From Mustelus asterias (lineage: Eukaryota), in assembly GCF_964213995.1 (NCBI RefSeq), contig NC_135830.1:5084001-5148000 (forward strand): a DNA stretch of 64,000 nt. Direction: 5' to 3'. Position 1 is the stretch's first letter. The number at the start of each line of letters is the position of its first letter. A program made the translations under genes and the position numbers. Shown here in pieces: positions 39,460 to 51,752 of the stretch. A model generated the notes under the pieces. That model was given only the letters and a program-made list of their open reading frames with translations. It was not told the DNA's origin and ran no database searches.

Positions 39460-39584
39460 GTAAGTAGTCACCTGATGATGGGGCAACGCTCCGAAAGCTC
39501 GTGCAACCAAATAAACCTGTTGGACTTTAACCTGGTGCTGTGAGACTACTTACTGTGCCGACCCCAGTCCAACGCCGGCAACTC
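39460..39584 (+). mobile_element. Short Penelope-like element terminus
   Basis: Flanked by 16-bp direct repeat CACAGAAAGGGAAACA (39444-39459 / 39585-39600); 5' GTAAGTAGTC is an inverted copy of GACTACTTAC (39544-39553). Confidence 0.75.
39469..39503 (+). ncRNA. Minimal type-I hammerhead ribozyme motif
   Basis: CAC-CTGATGA-T-[GGGGC AAC GCTCC]-GAAA-GCTC-GTG: conserved core, 5-bp stem II, palindromic AGCT stem III, CAC/GTG stem I. Confidence 0.7.
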
Positions 39585-40459
39585 CACAGAAAGGGAAACA
39601 AACATTACTAGAGTGACAGAAATTAACACAGAGCAATAGGCATAAACACATGTGCACGCATTAAGAGTGGCATTAATATATATTCATAGACTTCACACAA
39701 TAATAGAGTCATATATACACAATGACAAAAGAATAAAATATGCGCACAGATGCAGACACACAACTGCACAAATCAACAATCACTGGCAAATGAACGCGCA
39801 CATTAACACTCATAAACACATATTAACTCAGAGCCAAAGATTAATGCAGAGCACGAGATGCTCATGCACACGCACACAAATGCAAAATCTTCAATACAAA
39901 CGGTAGGCAAATGATGAAAGTACAATTTAAACGTGACTTTTTAATGGAGATATCCACAGATTTATTATCCCAATGTACAATGAACATATAAACACGCTGA
40001 GAAACTGAATTAAGCTCACGATCTACTAAATATTTCCACCATAAAGAAGCACAGATCGGAAATTACATCCCAACTCTTAAACAACAACATTCACAGTTTA
40101 CAGATCAGTAACCATCTGTGAAAACAATCATTGATCAGTGAACGTTCCTCGATATCAGTGATAATACTCTTCAATCAGGGATAGTTCCGAATTGTCAAAA
40201 AATCAACTGATTTTCAAGAAAACACCTTCAGTGTTTTCTGACATGGACTGTCCAAGGAATGTCAATAAAGATCAGGTGTGAAAATAGTTACGGAGATCGG
40301 TTACTGAGTGTCCTGAGCTTAAGAGTAGGTATACATTGAAAATTAGGTTCAAGAATAAATGAACAGTTTAAAAAGGAGAACGGGGAAAATAAAGATAACA
40401 ATAAAATTACCTGGATAAATAAAGTAATCTAATTTCATATCCTGGTCTCCGTCCCCTAG

Positions 40460-40587
40460 ACTCCACCGACCGCATCTGGATTGAAGACAATGAGGATGAT
40501 AACAGTAACATCTGGACAACGGCTTCCACATTCATTGTCCTGTTCTTCCTGAGCATTTTCTACAGCACTGCGGTCACTCTGGTGAAG
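40460..40587 (+). CDS. IGHM: IgM TM1 exon (DSTDRIWIEDNEDDNSNIWTTASTFIVLFFLSIFYSTAVTLVK)
   Basis: cccctag| acceptor, acidic spacer, CART motif (TF..LF.LS..YS), AAG|gtgag donor; not in the ORF track. Confidence 0.95.
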
Positions 40588-40727
40588 GTGAGATGATTGA
40601 ATGCACTCACATATCAAACTGACAGAATGGATTTGAAAAATCTCTCAATGTTCCACTGATTAAAAACTTTAACTTTAATGTCCTGCATCATAAACATCTG
40701 CTTCATTATTGTATCTTTCTTTTACAG

Positions 40728-40736
40728 ATCAAGTGA
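40728..40736 (+). CDS. IGHM: IgM TM2 exon coding part (IK*)
   Basis: Pyrimidine tract then tttacag|ATC AAG TGA, giving a K-I-K tail; candidate AATAAA at 41189. Confidence 0.88.
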   Translation: MK

Positions 40737-42503
40737 TGGGTTGAATTTTGGATGCTGCAGATTTCCCTCAGCTGATTATTATGATCTCCGTATGACACAA
40801 ATACAATATCTGCTCTTGGTGACTCTATCAGTAAAATTCTCTCAGTTTATCATTCTGAATCTGTAACTGAGACAATCATAGACGGTATTTCAGTTTTCAG
40901 AGTGAAAAGTACGAGGCATTTTTTGTTATAATGTAATTGTGGTTAATAGTTTCCCCATAGTTTAAATATCATGTATAAATAAGAAACTTTTCTCATTCCT
41001 TATCCATATTTGTTAATTCCTCTTTCTATTAAGGTCCTGTTTTCTCTTTCTGGTGTGTGTAACAGATGTATAAATATTGACGGATTCCCTGTGCATGTGT
41101 TGTGTTCTCAATGTGAAGCTCGATCGTTAAATTCACTTTTCTAACTTTAAAAAATAATGTCGCTGTAAAATATTCTCTGAATTTTTAAAATAAATATTGA
41201 ATGAAAATTTAACCATCTCTGGCTTGGCTTAATTCCGTTTTCCAAAGCCCATCAACTCCGCCCCATATTCCATATTATACGGTTTCCCCTCTTTCCCAGA
41301 CATGTCTGTCCCCCAGTCCTGTGCGGGATGTGTTTGAACTCAAGGCCGTTCAGTGAAAGAGTCACTGCGCCACCCAGTGGCCAATCCGTATAAAGACACC
41401 TTCATCTCTGCCTTTTTATGATAAAATCCAGAGACAGAGCGAGTGAAGAATGAGAAGAACCTCGGTGATTTCACTCATAAACTGGTCTGTCACTGACCGA
41501 GTTTCAGGTAATTCTAAAAAGCAAAGGCTCTGTTTCATCAGAGGCCGATGCAGGACAGTGTGTGGCAGAAGATAGTTTCCTTTACACTGCCCCTTAAAAA
41601 AACTATCAGTGTCGCTGCAGCGTGGGTTAACAGTGTGAATCTCTCTATATTTCGTCCGATGAAATACTTACAAGGCAGACATGCCACAAGCTAGATAGAG
41701 AACACATACAGAGCAGAGGTGCAAACCATGAGGTGAAACCAAGAGACTGAGGTGCATTTCACATAAGCACATAATAGATTACAAATTTCCAAATTAAGGC
41801 GAGTGCTGTGGGATAATTTGAGATAACCAATACTGTATTTAACTACAGACGATATAAAACTCACGTGGCAGATATCTCTGTGTAAGGACGGAACATTTAT
41901 TTAAAACAAAAACAGAACTATCAGCTGCTTGGAGATGACCAAAAGGGCTAAATAGCTCTGGAACCGAGCGGCAGGATCTTTCCGATGCATCTAACGTGTA
42001 CCATCAATAACAGATCAATTATAGATTTTCGTACCGATCGTTCCGACCTCATATTAGTTTAAGAATCAATTACGTTCAGTAAACATACATCAATAATAAT
42101 TCCTGACAAGTTGCTCAGCCAATCGCATTTTACAACACAGCATAATGATATCTCCTTCATCCATTTAAATCGGAGGCTGACTCATCTGTAATCAGTATCT
42201 GGGAGAATCAGGAAGGTGAGATAGAGTCATAGAGTCACAGAGGTATAAGCATGCAAACAGGCCCTTCGGCCCAACATGTCCATGCCGCCCTTTTTAACGA
42301 CATACAGAGATACCTGCCTCATGAGTTTTACATTAAATTAAAACATAATTGGCCATCTCAAATTACCCCACAACAGAGCAGGTGAGGATAACCGATGATC
42401 CAAAGGGAAACTTACTGAGATGCTGCTTTCCAACAGGAAGTGGATCCTGAAACTGTCGGAACATCTACTGGAGTTGAGGAAAGATACCTGCGCTGCAATG
42501 AAT

Positions 42504-42767
42504 GTGATAATCCTGACAGCTTTAGGATGGAGTCAATCTTTATTTGGTGTAGATTTATTCACAGAGTGAAACATTACAGGTGTATACCTCCTAACTCCAG
42601 GCACCGTCACTAACTGTCCCTTTATAGATCCAATCAATAACCTCCATGTAGTTCACCTTAATCGATACAATTAACACCCACAGTCAGAGCATCAAGAAAG
42701 GCTCCAATCAGTGTGACTGCCCGAGTGTCCCAGCAGCTCCGATGACCAAGTGACTCCCATCCACACA
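42504..42767 (-). mobile_element. Possible solo LTR
   Basis: TG...CA ends, minus-strand TATAAA (42621) and AATAAA (42539); no TSD visible because a CR1 abuts it. Confidence 0.35.
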
Positions 42768-42774
42768 TTAGCTT

Positions 42775-43372
42775 TTATTAACAGGGGTTGGAGTTTAAGA
42801 GCCGTGGGGTTATGCTGCAACTGTACAGGACCTTGGTGAGACCACATTTGGAATATTGTGTGCAGTTCTGGTCACCTCACTATAAGAAGGATGTGGAAGC
42901 GCTGGAAAGAGTGCAGAGGAAATTTACCAGGATGCTGCCTGGTTTGGAGGGTAGGTCTTATGAGGAAAGGTTGAGGGAGCTAGGGCTGTTCTCTCTGGAG
43001 CGGAGGAGGCTGAGGGGAGACTTAATAGAGGTTTATAAAATGATGAAGGGGATAGATAGAGTGAACGTTCAAAGACTATTTCCTCGGGTGGATGGAGCTA
43101 TTACAAGGGGGCATAACTATAGGGTTCGTGGTGGGAGATACAGGAAGGATATCAGAGGTAGGTTCTTTACGCAGAGAGTGGTTGGGGTGTGGAATGGACT
43201 GCCTGCAGTGATAGTGGAGTCAGACACTTTAGGAACATTTAAGCGGTTATTGGATAGGCACATGGAGCACACCAGGATGATAGGGAGTGGGATAGCTTGA
43301 TCTTGGTTTCGGATAAAGCTCGGCACAACATCGTCGGCCGAAAGGCCTGTTCTGTGCTGTAGTGTTCTATAT
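42775..43372 (+). mobile_element. CR1-clade LINE 3' fragment
   Basis: ORF 42788-43300 LYRTLVRPHLEYCVQFWSP...RGDLIEVYK; abuts the zinc-finger pseudogene. Confidence 0.92.
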
Positions 43373-44030
43373 GTTCACACACAGGGTGGGTGAAAGGCCT
43401 CTCCCCAGTGTGAACTCGCCAATGGCTCAGTCGCTTGGATGATGTTCGAAACCTCCTTGTGCAGTGAGAGCAGCAGAACGGTCTCTCCCCAGTGTGAATG
43501 TGCTGGTGGATCTTCAGGTCGGCAGAGTTTCTGAAGCAACTCCCACAATCAGAGCATTTAAAGGCTTTCCCATCGGTGTGAGTGCGCTGGTGTCTCAGCA
43601 GATTGGATAACTGAGTGAATCCCTTCCTACACTCAGAGTAGGGGAATGGCCTCTCTCCCGTGTGAATGTGCTGGTGTATCAGCAGGGTTGATGAGTCATT
43701 GAGTCCCTTCCCACACTCAGAACAAGTGAACGGCCTCTCCCCAGTGTGAACTTGCTGGTATATCAGCAGAATGGAGGAATTACTGAATCTCTTCCCCCAC
43801 ACAGAGCAGGTGAGTGGCCTCTCCCCAGTGTGAACTCGCTGGTGTTGCTGCAGGGTGGGTGAATCAATGAATCCCTTCCCACACACAGAGCAGATGGACG
43901 CCTCTTTCTCCTGTGCCTGGGTCGATGGGTTTCCAGTTCACAGGGGGCATGGAGTCCTTTCCTACAATCCCCACATTTCCACCATATCGTCAGGGTATGG
44001 ACGGCCTTGTGACTCTCCAGGTTTGATGAT
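43373..44030 (-). pseudogene. C2H2 zinc-finger pseudogene
   Basis: HTGERP linkers, several fingers lacking a Cys (CSVW, YSEC, HPVC), 3' end replaced by CR1 sequence, CR1 fragment at 44045-44450 on the 5' side. Confidence 0.8.
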
Positions 44031-44984
44031 TTGGTTCCCTGGATTTAGTTCTCCAACCTTCACCTTTAAGGGAATATACCCTGACATTGCCCGCAATAGA
44101 TTTTCCTTAAAGGTGGCCCATTGTTCAGCCATCAGCTTTTCTGCCAACATTTGATTCCAACTCACTCGACTCAGATCCATTCTCATCCTATCGAAGGTGA
44201 GGCTTTCCCTTGATTAATGATCCCCGTTCTGGATCGTTCCTTGTCCTTTTCCATGGCCAACCTGAACATTATAATACAATGGTCACTCTCCCCTCAATGC
44301 TCTCCCACTGATATTTGATCCACTTGGGCCAACTCATTCCCCAGAACCAGGTCCAGCAGTGCCTGCCCTCTCATTGGAGCAGAAACACACTGCTGCAGAA
44401 AATTATCTTCAACACCTTCCAGGGGCTCATATCCCTCTTGTCCCTTTGCACCATATGATTTTGTAATTGGTCCGTTCAAATGTTGGCTCGGCAATGATCG
44501 GGTTAAATCAGTCTCCATAGACTTTGTGATGTAAAAAAGTATAAGAAGGGATTCCCCGAGCACAGAGATTTGTCGAGGTTTTACATATTGAATTGACTGG
44601 TGCCATGCATCTGGGGCAGAGCAGAGAGCATTTCCGTGGAGATGCTGCTTCTACCCAGAGTGTAATGGTAATGCTGCTGCACTTTGATACGACTGCTCAG
44701 ACATTAGCCTGTGTCAGCTCTTATTGATACTGAATAAAATCTAACCACTGTCACCAATAAAGGTTATCACTGGGAATCATTTCAGAGTTTGGGAAAAGGG
44801 GAGAAAGGGTTAATTGACTCCATGGACCCCATTTTCTAACATCGCTGAGTCAAAAATAAAATCTCATCTCCCTCTCTGGCTCCTTTGCCAATTACCTTAG
44901 AGGGACTCACTTTCTGTTAAAGAGCCTGCCAACCCCTCTCACCCAGTCCTGGATGTGATTAACAGCAGCATCCATCCCCTGTGA

Positions 44985-46079
44985 TCACTTGTGAACCTGC
45001 TGGTGTCTCAGCAGATGGGATGACTGAGTGAATCCCTTCCCGCACTGAGAACAGGTGTATGGCCTTTCCCCGGTGTGAACTCGCTGGTGTGTCCGCAGAT
45101 TGGTTAACTGAGTGAATCCCTTCCCACAGTCAGAGCAAGTGAATGGTTTCTCCCCAGTGTGAACTCGTTGGTGTACCCGCAGATAGGATGATGTTCTAAA
45201 TCTCTTTGAGCAGTGAGAGCAGCTAAACGGTCTCTCCTCAGTGTGAATGCGCAGGTGGGACATCAGATCTTGAGAGCTTCTGAAGCCACTCCCACAGTCA
45301 GAGCATTTAAAGGGTCTCTCATTGGTGTGACTGACTTTGTGTCTCTGGAGATTGGGCAACTGAGTGAATCCCTTCCCACATTCAGAGCAGGTGAATGGTC
45401 TCTCCCCGGTGTGAACTCGCTGGTGTGTCAGCAGTTGGGATGATGTACTGAATCCTTTCCCACACTCAGAGCAGGTAAATGGCCACTCCCTGATGTGAAC
45501 CTGCTGGTGTACCCACAGGTTGGATGACTTTCTGAACCTCTTTGAGCAGCGAGAGCAGCTGAACGGTCTCTCCTCAGTGTGAATGCGCTGGTGGGACATC
45601 AGAACCTGAGAACTTTTAAAATCTCTTCCACAGTCAGAGCATTTAAAGGGTCTCTCATTGGTGTGACTGACTTTGTGTCTGCGCATGCTGGATAACCAAG
45701 TGAATCCTTCCCCACACACAGGACAGTTGAACGGCCTCTCCCCGGAATGTACTCGCTGGTGTGTCTGCAGATGGGGACAGTGAGAGAATCCTTTCCCACA
45801 CACAGGACAGGTAAACGGTCTCTCCTCAGTGTGAATTTGCTGGTGTGTCTGCAGATGGCATAATTGAGTAAATCCGGTACCACAATCAGAACAGGTGAAT
45901 GGTCTCTCCCCTGTGTGAACCCGCTGGTGTGTCTGCAGGTTGGATGAATCAGAGAATCCCTTCCCACACACAGAGCAGGTGAACGGCCGCTCCCCAGTGT
46001 GACTGCGTCGATGAATTTCCAGCTGAGATGGGAACCTGAATCTTTTCCCACAATCCCCACATTTCCATGGTTTCTCCAT
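44985..46079 (-). CDS. C2H2 zinc-finger protein, 13 tandem fingers, single coding exon
   Basis: Open ORF from MEKPWKC to HQQVHK*; TGERPF linkers; no KRAB, SCAN or BTB domain evident. Confidence 0.9.
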   Translation of the reverse strand: MEKPWKCGDCGKRFRFPSQLEIHRRSHTGERPFTCSVCGKGFSDSSNLQTHQRVHTGERPFTCSDCGTGFTQLCHLQTHQQIHTEERPFTCPVCGKGFSHCPHLQTHQRVHSGERPFNCPVCGEGFTWLSSMRRHKVSHTNERPFKCSDCGRDFKSSQVLMSHQRIHTEERPFSCSRCSKRFRKSSNLWVHQQVHIREWPFTCSECGKGFSTSSQLLTHQRVHTGERPFTCSECGKGFTQLPNLQRHKVSHTNERPFKCSDCGSGFRSSQDLMSHLRIHTEERPFSCSHCSKRFRTSSYLRVHQRVHTGEKPFTCSDCGKGFTQLTNLRTHQRVHTGERPYTCSQCGKGFTQSSHLLRHQQVHK

Positions 46080-46899
46080 GGTGTGGGTGTCCTTGTGACT
46101 CTCCAGGTTAAACAATGTTGAATCTCACACAGAACACAGGTACAGTCTCTCCCCGCTGTGAATGCCGCAATGTTTTTTTCACTGGTTAAAGCTCTTTCGA
46201 CAGTCAGTGCACTGGAACACTCTCACTCGGGTGTGTGCGTGAAACTTGGTAAATTCTCAGTCACGCTGATGTTTAAAATCTCCAGAAGCAAAAAGAACAG
46301 AGAAATATTTCTCCTTCTAGATACAAAGGCTGATGATGTTCAGGACGTGATGAATTGAGTGACTCTGTCAGATATTGATGTGACGTTTGGTTTGAGATTT
46401 CTGTCTATAAATCTTCACCTTTTGATATTCTGTAAAAGAAGTTTATAAAAATCATCAGTGTCATTACAGGATAGAAATTCAGAACAGACAATTCTAGTTT
46501 CTGTGGAACATTCTTTCATCCCTCATTCCCCAAAAGCTGTAAATCTCCATCCCACACACTCTCCCTCCATTCTCACTCTGCTGTACCTAATATTCACCCT
46601 CCCAATTCTCCTGAAGGTGCTGATTGAGGCTGATTGACAGATCCATGCTCACTGCTTCCTGTCCTGGACACAGAGAGCTGGAAATCTCCATGCAGGCGGC
46701 CAGACAGATATATGTCTATCTGAGTGGACTAACAATGTGTGGAATATACAGACTGGATTCACTTCCTTTCCCTTCAGTTGCTGCAAGTCCCCAATTTTCC
46801 CCAGAATGAGAAAATAAATTGAAAGGGGGAGAAAATAAAGTGTTTTACTCACAGATATTAGAGAGAGCAGGAAGATTTTGTCTGACTGCATCTCCATGT

Positions 46900-47140
46900 T
46901 CATTCATAAAACGCCCGCGCTCTGATTGACTGGAGGACCAGAGTCCTTCCGGTCCTCCAACCCTTTCAATTGGTCAACACTTCAGCATGAAGGTCAGGGG
47001 GTGAGCTCTCTTTGCACATGTGCAGCTTCCCCTCTCCTCTGGACATGCGCAGTCCAATGTGGCCCGCCCGCGTGGTGGATAGAGTGGTTTCTCCATCGTG
47101 GGCGATTGTGGGAGCTGCGGCCGCCATTACTCATCCGGAT
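46900..47140 (-). promoter_or_regulatory. Promoter of the zinc-finger gene at 44985-46079
   Basis: CCAAT boxes, CATGCGCA (47044), minus-strand YY1-type AATGGCGGC (~47120), local CpG enrichment. Confidence 0.6.
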
Positions 47141-48643
47141 CCCAGTCTCTAAACTCCTGGGACTGTGATGGAAAGTGGGAGTGGGGGGCACAGTGACCCC
47201 ACCCTGACACAAAGTACATGTGGGGAGTCACTGGATTGGATTGGGATGTCCCCTTTACAAAACAGTTTGTTAACTTCAGGTGGAAAGATTTAGACACTTG
47301 GGTGATATTGGGGAAGGCAGCAGGTGAGTGTGAAACTGATCCCGAGAGTCAGCACCTTCAGGGGAGGAGAACTGGGGAAAAAGGAGGAGGATAGTCGGAT
47401 AAATTAGTGTTACAATCAATCGTATCAATAGGCCTGCATGAGTTTCCTCCACGTGCTCCAGTTTCCTCCCACAGTCTGAAAGACATGCTGGTAAGGTGCA
47501 TTGACCCGAACAGGCGCCGGAATGTGGCAATTAGGGGAATTTCACAGTAACTTCATTGCAGTGTTAATGTAAGCCTTACTTGTGACTTATAAATAAACTT
47601 TACTTTAGGAAGGAGGGAGTCTGTGGGGACAGAGATTTATAGTTTGAGATGAAGAAGGATTTTGTGTGACATGTGTTTACCCCATTAATTCCCCCAACCC
47701 ATACACTAAGAGGCAATTTGCCATGGCCAATCCACCTAACCTGCACATCTTTGGAGTGTGGGATGAAATTGGAGCACTCTGAGCAAACCCATGCAGACAC
47801 AGGGAGAACGTGCAAACTCCACACAGAGAGCTGTGGCACGGTGGTTAGCACTGCTACCTCAGAGTGCCAGGGATCCGGTTCAATTCCAGTCTTGGGTGAC
47901 TGCGTGGAGTTTGCACGTTCACTCCGTACCTGCATGGGTTTCCTCTGGGTGCTCAGGTTTCCTCCCACAGTCTGAAAGACATGCTGCTTAGGTGCATTGG
48001 CCGTGCTAAATTCTCCTTCAGTGCACCTGAACAGGCCCCAAGCGTGACGACTAGGGGATTTTCACAGTAACTTCATTGCAGTGTTAATGTAAGCTTCCTT
48101 GTAACACCTGAGGCCAGGATTGAACTCAGGTCCCTGGCGCTGCTGATCACTGTGCCACCCTGCTGCCTGCGTTTTGAGAAATCATGTTAAAATCTGGAAC
48201 TCAAATGGGGATATGGATTGGTGTTAAGTGGGAAGGTCTGGATCAATGCATTACTCCAGAGAGCCAGGAATCAGATTTACAGAATGGATTCCTGTAATAG
48301 CAGCAATCCCATTGCTATATGTTGGTCAGACTGAGGGAAGTTTTTAAACTGGACACCATAGGTGTGTTAAAGGATAACGTACTCATGGAATTTATGAACT
48401 ATCTGAAATAATATTGAGAGCAAAGAAATCAATCTGGAAAATTGTAGTCACTTCACGTTGTTCCAGGAGAAGTGGGATTAGGTTGTGTAGATGTCAGGTT
48501 TTACACAGCACACAGTCAGCCCGTGGTTTTACCCTGGATGAAGAATCTCTGAATTGTACCATTCAAATCACTCAATGGGTTTATCAGGGGCCAGAATGTC
48601 TGCTCAGAAAGAGGAAGGTTGGTGTGAAACCAATGAGAAGTAA

Positions 48644-48745
48644 CACAGACACTCACAGACACCCTCACACACACACTCACAGACACCCTCACACACACAC
48701 TCACAGACACCCTCACACACACACTCACAGACACCCTCACACACA
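48644..48745. repeat. 24-bp tandem repeat (CACACACACTCACAGACACCCTCA), about 4 copies
   Basis: Direct inspection. Confidence 0.88.
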
Positions 48746-50177
48746 GAGAGACTCTCAGATACCTCAAAATATCTCCTGTTACCTTACTGTTCTTAGTTTT
48801 TTTGAAATAAATCCCGAATGAATTATAAAATCACACACAAATACTTGTTGAGCTTCCCCTGAAAGACATCTATACTGTTCATTTCACTCCCTGCGGTCAT
48901 GATTTCCATATTCTCACCACTCTTTGGGTGGAGAAATTTATCTTGGATTTCCTATTGGGTTTCTTGGCGACTGTCTTGTATTGATGGTCTCCAGTTTTGC
49001 CCTTCTGCACAAGAGGAAACATTATTTCAAACTATTTTATAATTTTGAAGCCCTCTATTAGGTTACTCCTCAGCCTTAATTTTTCAAGAAAGCGTGAGCG
49101 TGTCAATCCTTTCCTGATAGATAACCAAACACACAGTTTAAAAATCATTTATGGGATGTGGACATCGCGAGCTTGGCCAGCATTTATTGCTAACCTCAGA
49201 TTGACCTTGAGAAGGTGGTGGTGAGCTGTTTTCTACATTTCTGATATCATCATTAAAAATCATCTCTGTACCTTTCTCCAGTGCCGAGATATCTTTTTTA
49301 TAATACGGTGACCAGAATGGCATGCAATGGTCGGTAAGATTCTTGATCAGGGAGTCACAGGTTATCCAAAAGTGGTTTGAGCTTATCCATGGTTTTAAAT
49401 CAGAATATTAAGAAGCAACAATTTAAAAATGATGCATTGTAAACGGGGGGAAAAAAACAGAAGACCCATGGCAGGTGACTAGCTGGGGTCTCAGCACTGA
49501 TCCTGCATTACCCCAGTAATCACTGCCTGCCAGTTGGAAAAAGACCTGTTTAATCTTACTCTATTTCCTGTCTGCCAACAAGTTTTCAATCTCAATACAT
49601 TCGCCCCAATCCCATGTGCTTCAATTTTTATGAAGAAGTTGCTGTGTTGGTGGACGAGGGGAATCGGGTTCACATTTTCTATCTCAGGGCATAATCATCA
49701 ACAACTTGTATTTACACAAAGTGTTGTGGGGCTGGAGGAGGTTACCGAGATACTGAGGAACTTTTTTTAATTCATTTTTACTGGATATAGGCGTCACTGG
49801 CTGGGCCAGCATTTCTTGCCCATCTCTAACTGCCTCCATTTCAGAAGGCATTTGAGAGTCAACCACATTGCTGTGGGTCTGGAGTCACATGTAGGCCAGA
49901 CCAGGTAAGGACAGCAGGTTTCCTTTCTTAAAGGACATTACTGAACCAGATTGGTTTTGACGACGATCAACAATGGTTAAGGTTTGTCATTAGACTTTTA
50001 ATTCGAGATTTTAATTGAATTCAAATTTCACCATTGCCTGTGGTGGGATTCGAACCTGGGTCCCCAGAGCCTTACCCTGAGTCCAGTGATAATTCCACTG
50101 TGCCACTGCCTCAACTATTGATCCAATTGTTATTGTTTATCTCAGGGCGCAGAAACAACAGAATCCAACGTTGCCGG

Positions 50178-51752
50178 TCACACATGAAGTCGTCTATGTT
50201 TCAGCAGGCTGTAATACTGATTAAATCCCTTCCCACACATGGAGCAGTTGAAAGGTTTTGCCCCAGTGTGAACTCACTGGTGTCTCTGCAGGCGGGATGG
50301 ATCAGTGAATCCCTTCCCACACAGGGAGCAGGTGAATGGTTCTGTCGCAGTGTGAGCTCGCTGGTGTTTCAGCATATAGGATGAATCAGTGAATCCCTTC
50401 CCACACACAGAGCAGGTGAACGGCTTCTCCCCGGTGTGAATGCGTTGGTGTCTCAGCAGGCCAGACGACTGAGCGAATCCCTTTCCACACACAGAGCACA
50501 GGAACGGCCTCTCCCCGGTGTGAACTCGCTGGTGTCTCTGCAGGTTGGATACCTGAGTGTATCCCTTCCCACACACAGAGCAGGTGAACGGCTTCTCCCC
50601 GGTGTGAACTCGCTGGTGTCTCTGCAGGTGGGATGGATCAGTGAATCCCTTCCCACACTGAGAGCAGGTGAACGGTTCTGTCGCAGTGTGAACTCGCTGG
50701 TGTCTCTGCAGGCTGGATACCTGCGTGTATCCCTTCCCACACACAGAGCAGGTGAATGGCTTCTCCCCGGTGTGAACTCGCTGGTGTGTCTGCAGGCAGG
50801 ATGAACCAATGAATCCCTTCCCACACACAGAGCAGGTGAACGGCCTGTCCCCTGTGTGAATGTATTGGTGTCTCAGCAGGTCAGACGACTGAGTGAATCT
50901 CTTGCCACAAATGGAGCAAGAGAATGGCTTCTCCCCGGTGTGAACAGGCCGATGTTTCAGCAGGTGTTGTAAAGAAGCAAATGCTTTCCCGCACACAGGG
51001 CAAACGTAAGGCCTCTCCCCTGTGTGAACACGCTCGTGTATCACAAGCTGGGATGAATGAGGAAACCTCTTCCCACACACGGAGCAGAGGAATGGCCTCT
51101 CCCCAGTGTGAACTCGCCGGTGCCTCAGAAGATAGTGAGACCGAGTGAATTCCTTCCCACACACCGAGCAGATGAACAGCTTCTCCCCAGTGTGAACTCG
51201 CTTGTGTGTCAGAAGATGAGATGAATGAGCGAATCTCTTCCCACAAACAGAACAGGGGTACGGCTTCTCCCCGGTGTGAGTGTCCTGGTGTCTCAGCAGA
51301 CTAATCCTTCTTTTGAAGGTCTTCTCACATTTAAAACATTTAAAATGTCTCTTCTGAGAATGAACCAGTTGGTGAACGGTGCAGTGGGAGGACTGAGTGA
51401 ATCTCTTCCCACACTGGGAGCAGCTGAATGGCCTGTCCTTGGTATGAACTGGTTGGTGCTCAGTGAGATGCACTGAGTCGCTGAATGACTCTCCACAGTG
51501 AGAGCAGCTGAACGGTCTCTCGTGTGTGTGAAGGAGCTGGTGCTCTGCAAGGCGGGAGGACTGGCTGAACCTCTTCCCGCAGTGGGAGCAGCTGAACGGT
51601 CTCTCGTCAGTGTGAAGGAGCTGGTGTTGGGCCTGTTCCTCAGAGGTTTCAATGCTTTCCCCAGAGTCAGAGCTTTGAAGAGGCTTCTGAATAATGTGAT
51701 CGAGTTGGTGAGCCAGCAGGTTGGACGAACACATGAATTTCTTCCCACACAC
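50178..51752 (-). CDS. C2H2 zinc-finger protein, about 16 complete fingers, premature stop at 50274 (ancestral stop 50178)
   Basis: ORF 50274-51752; the frame continues [31 protein letters not shown] past the TGA; start codon uncertain. Confidence 0.8.

Larger units (their letters stand above)
38297..39900. repeat. Degenerate (CA/TA)n tract in the CH4-TM1 intron
   Basis: Direct inspection. Confidence 0.88.

Noticed and set aside
23272-40736. IgW, IgNAR or germline-joined VDJ identity
   Set aside because: Four C domains, a mu-type tailpiece, conventional VH FR2 and separate RSS-flanked D1, D2 and J indicate unrearranged IgM
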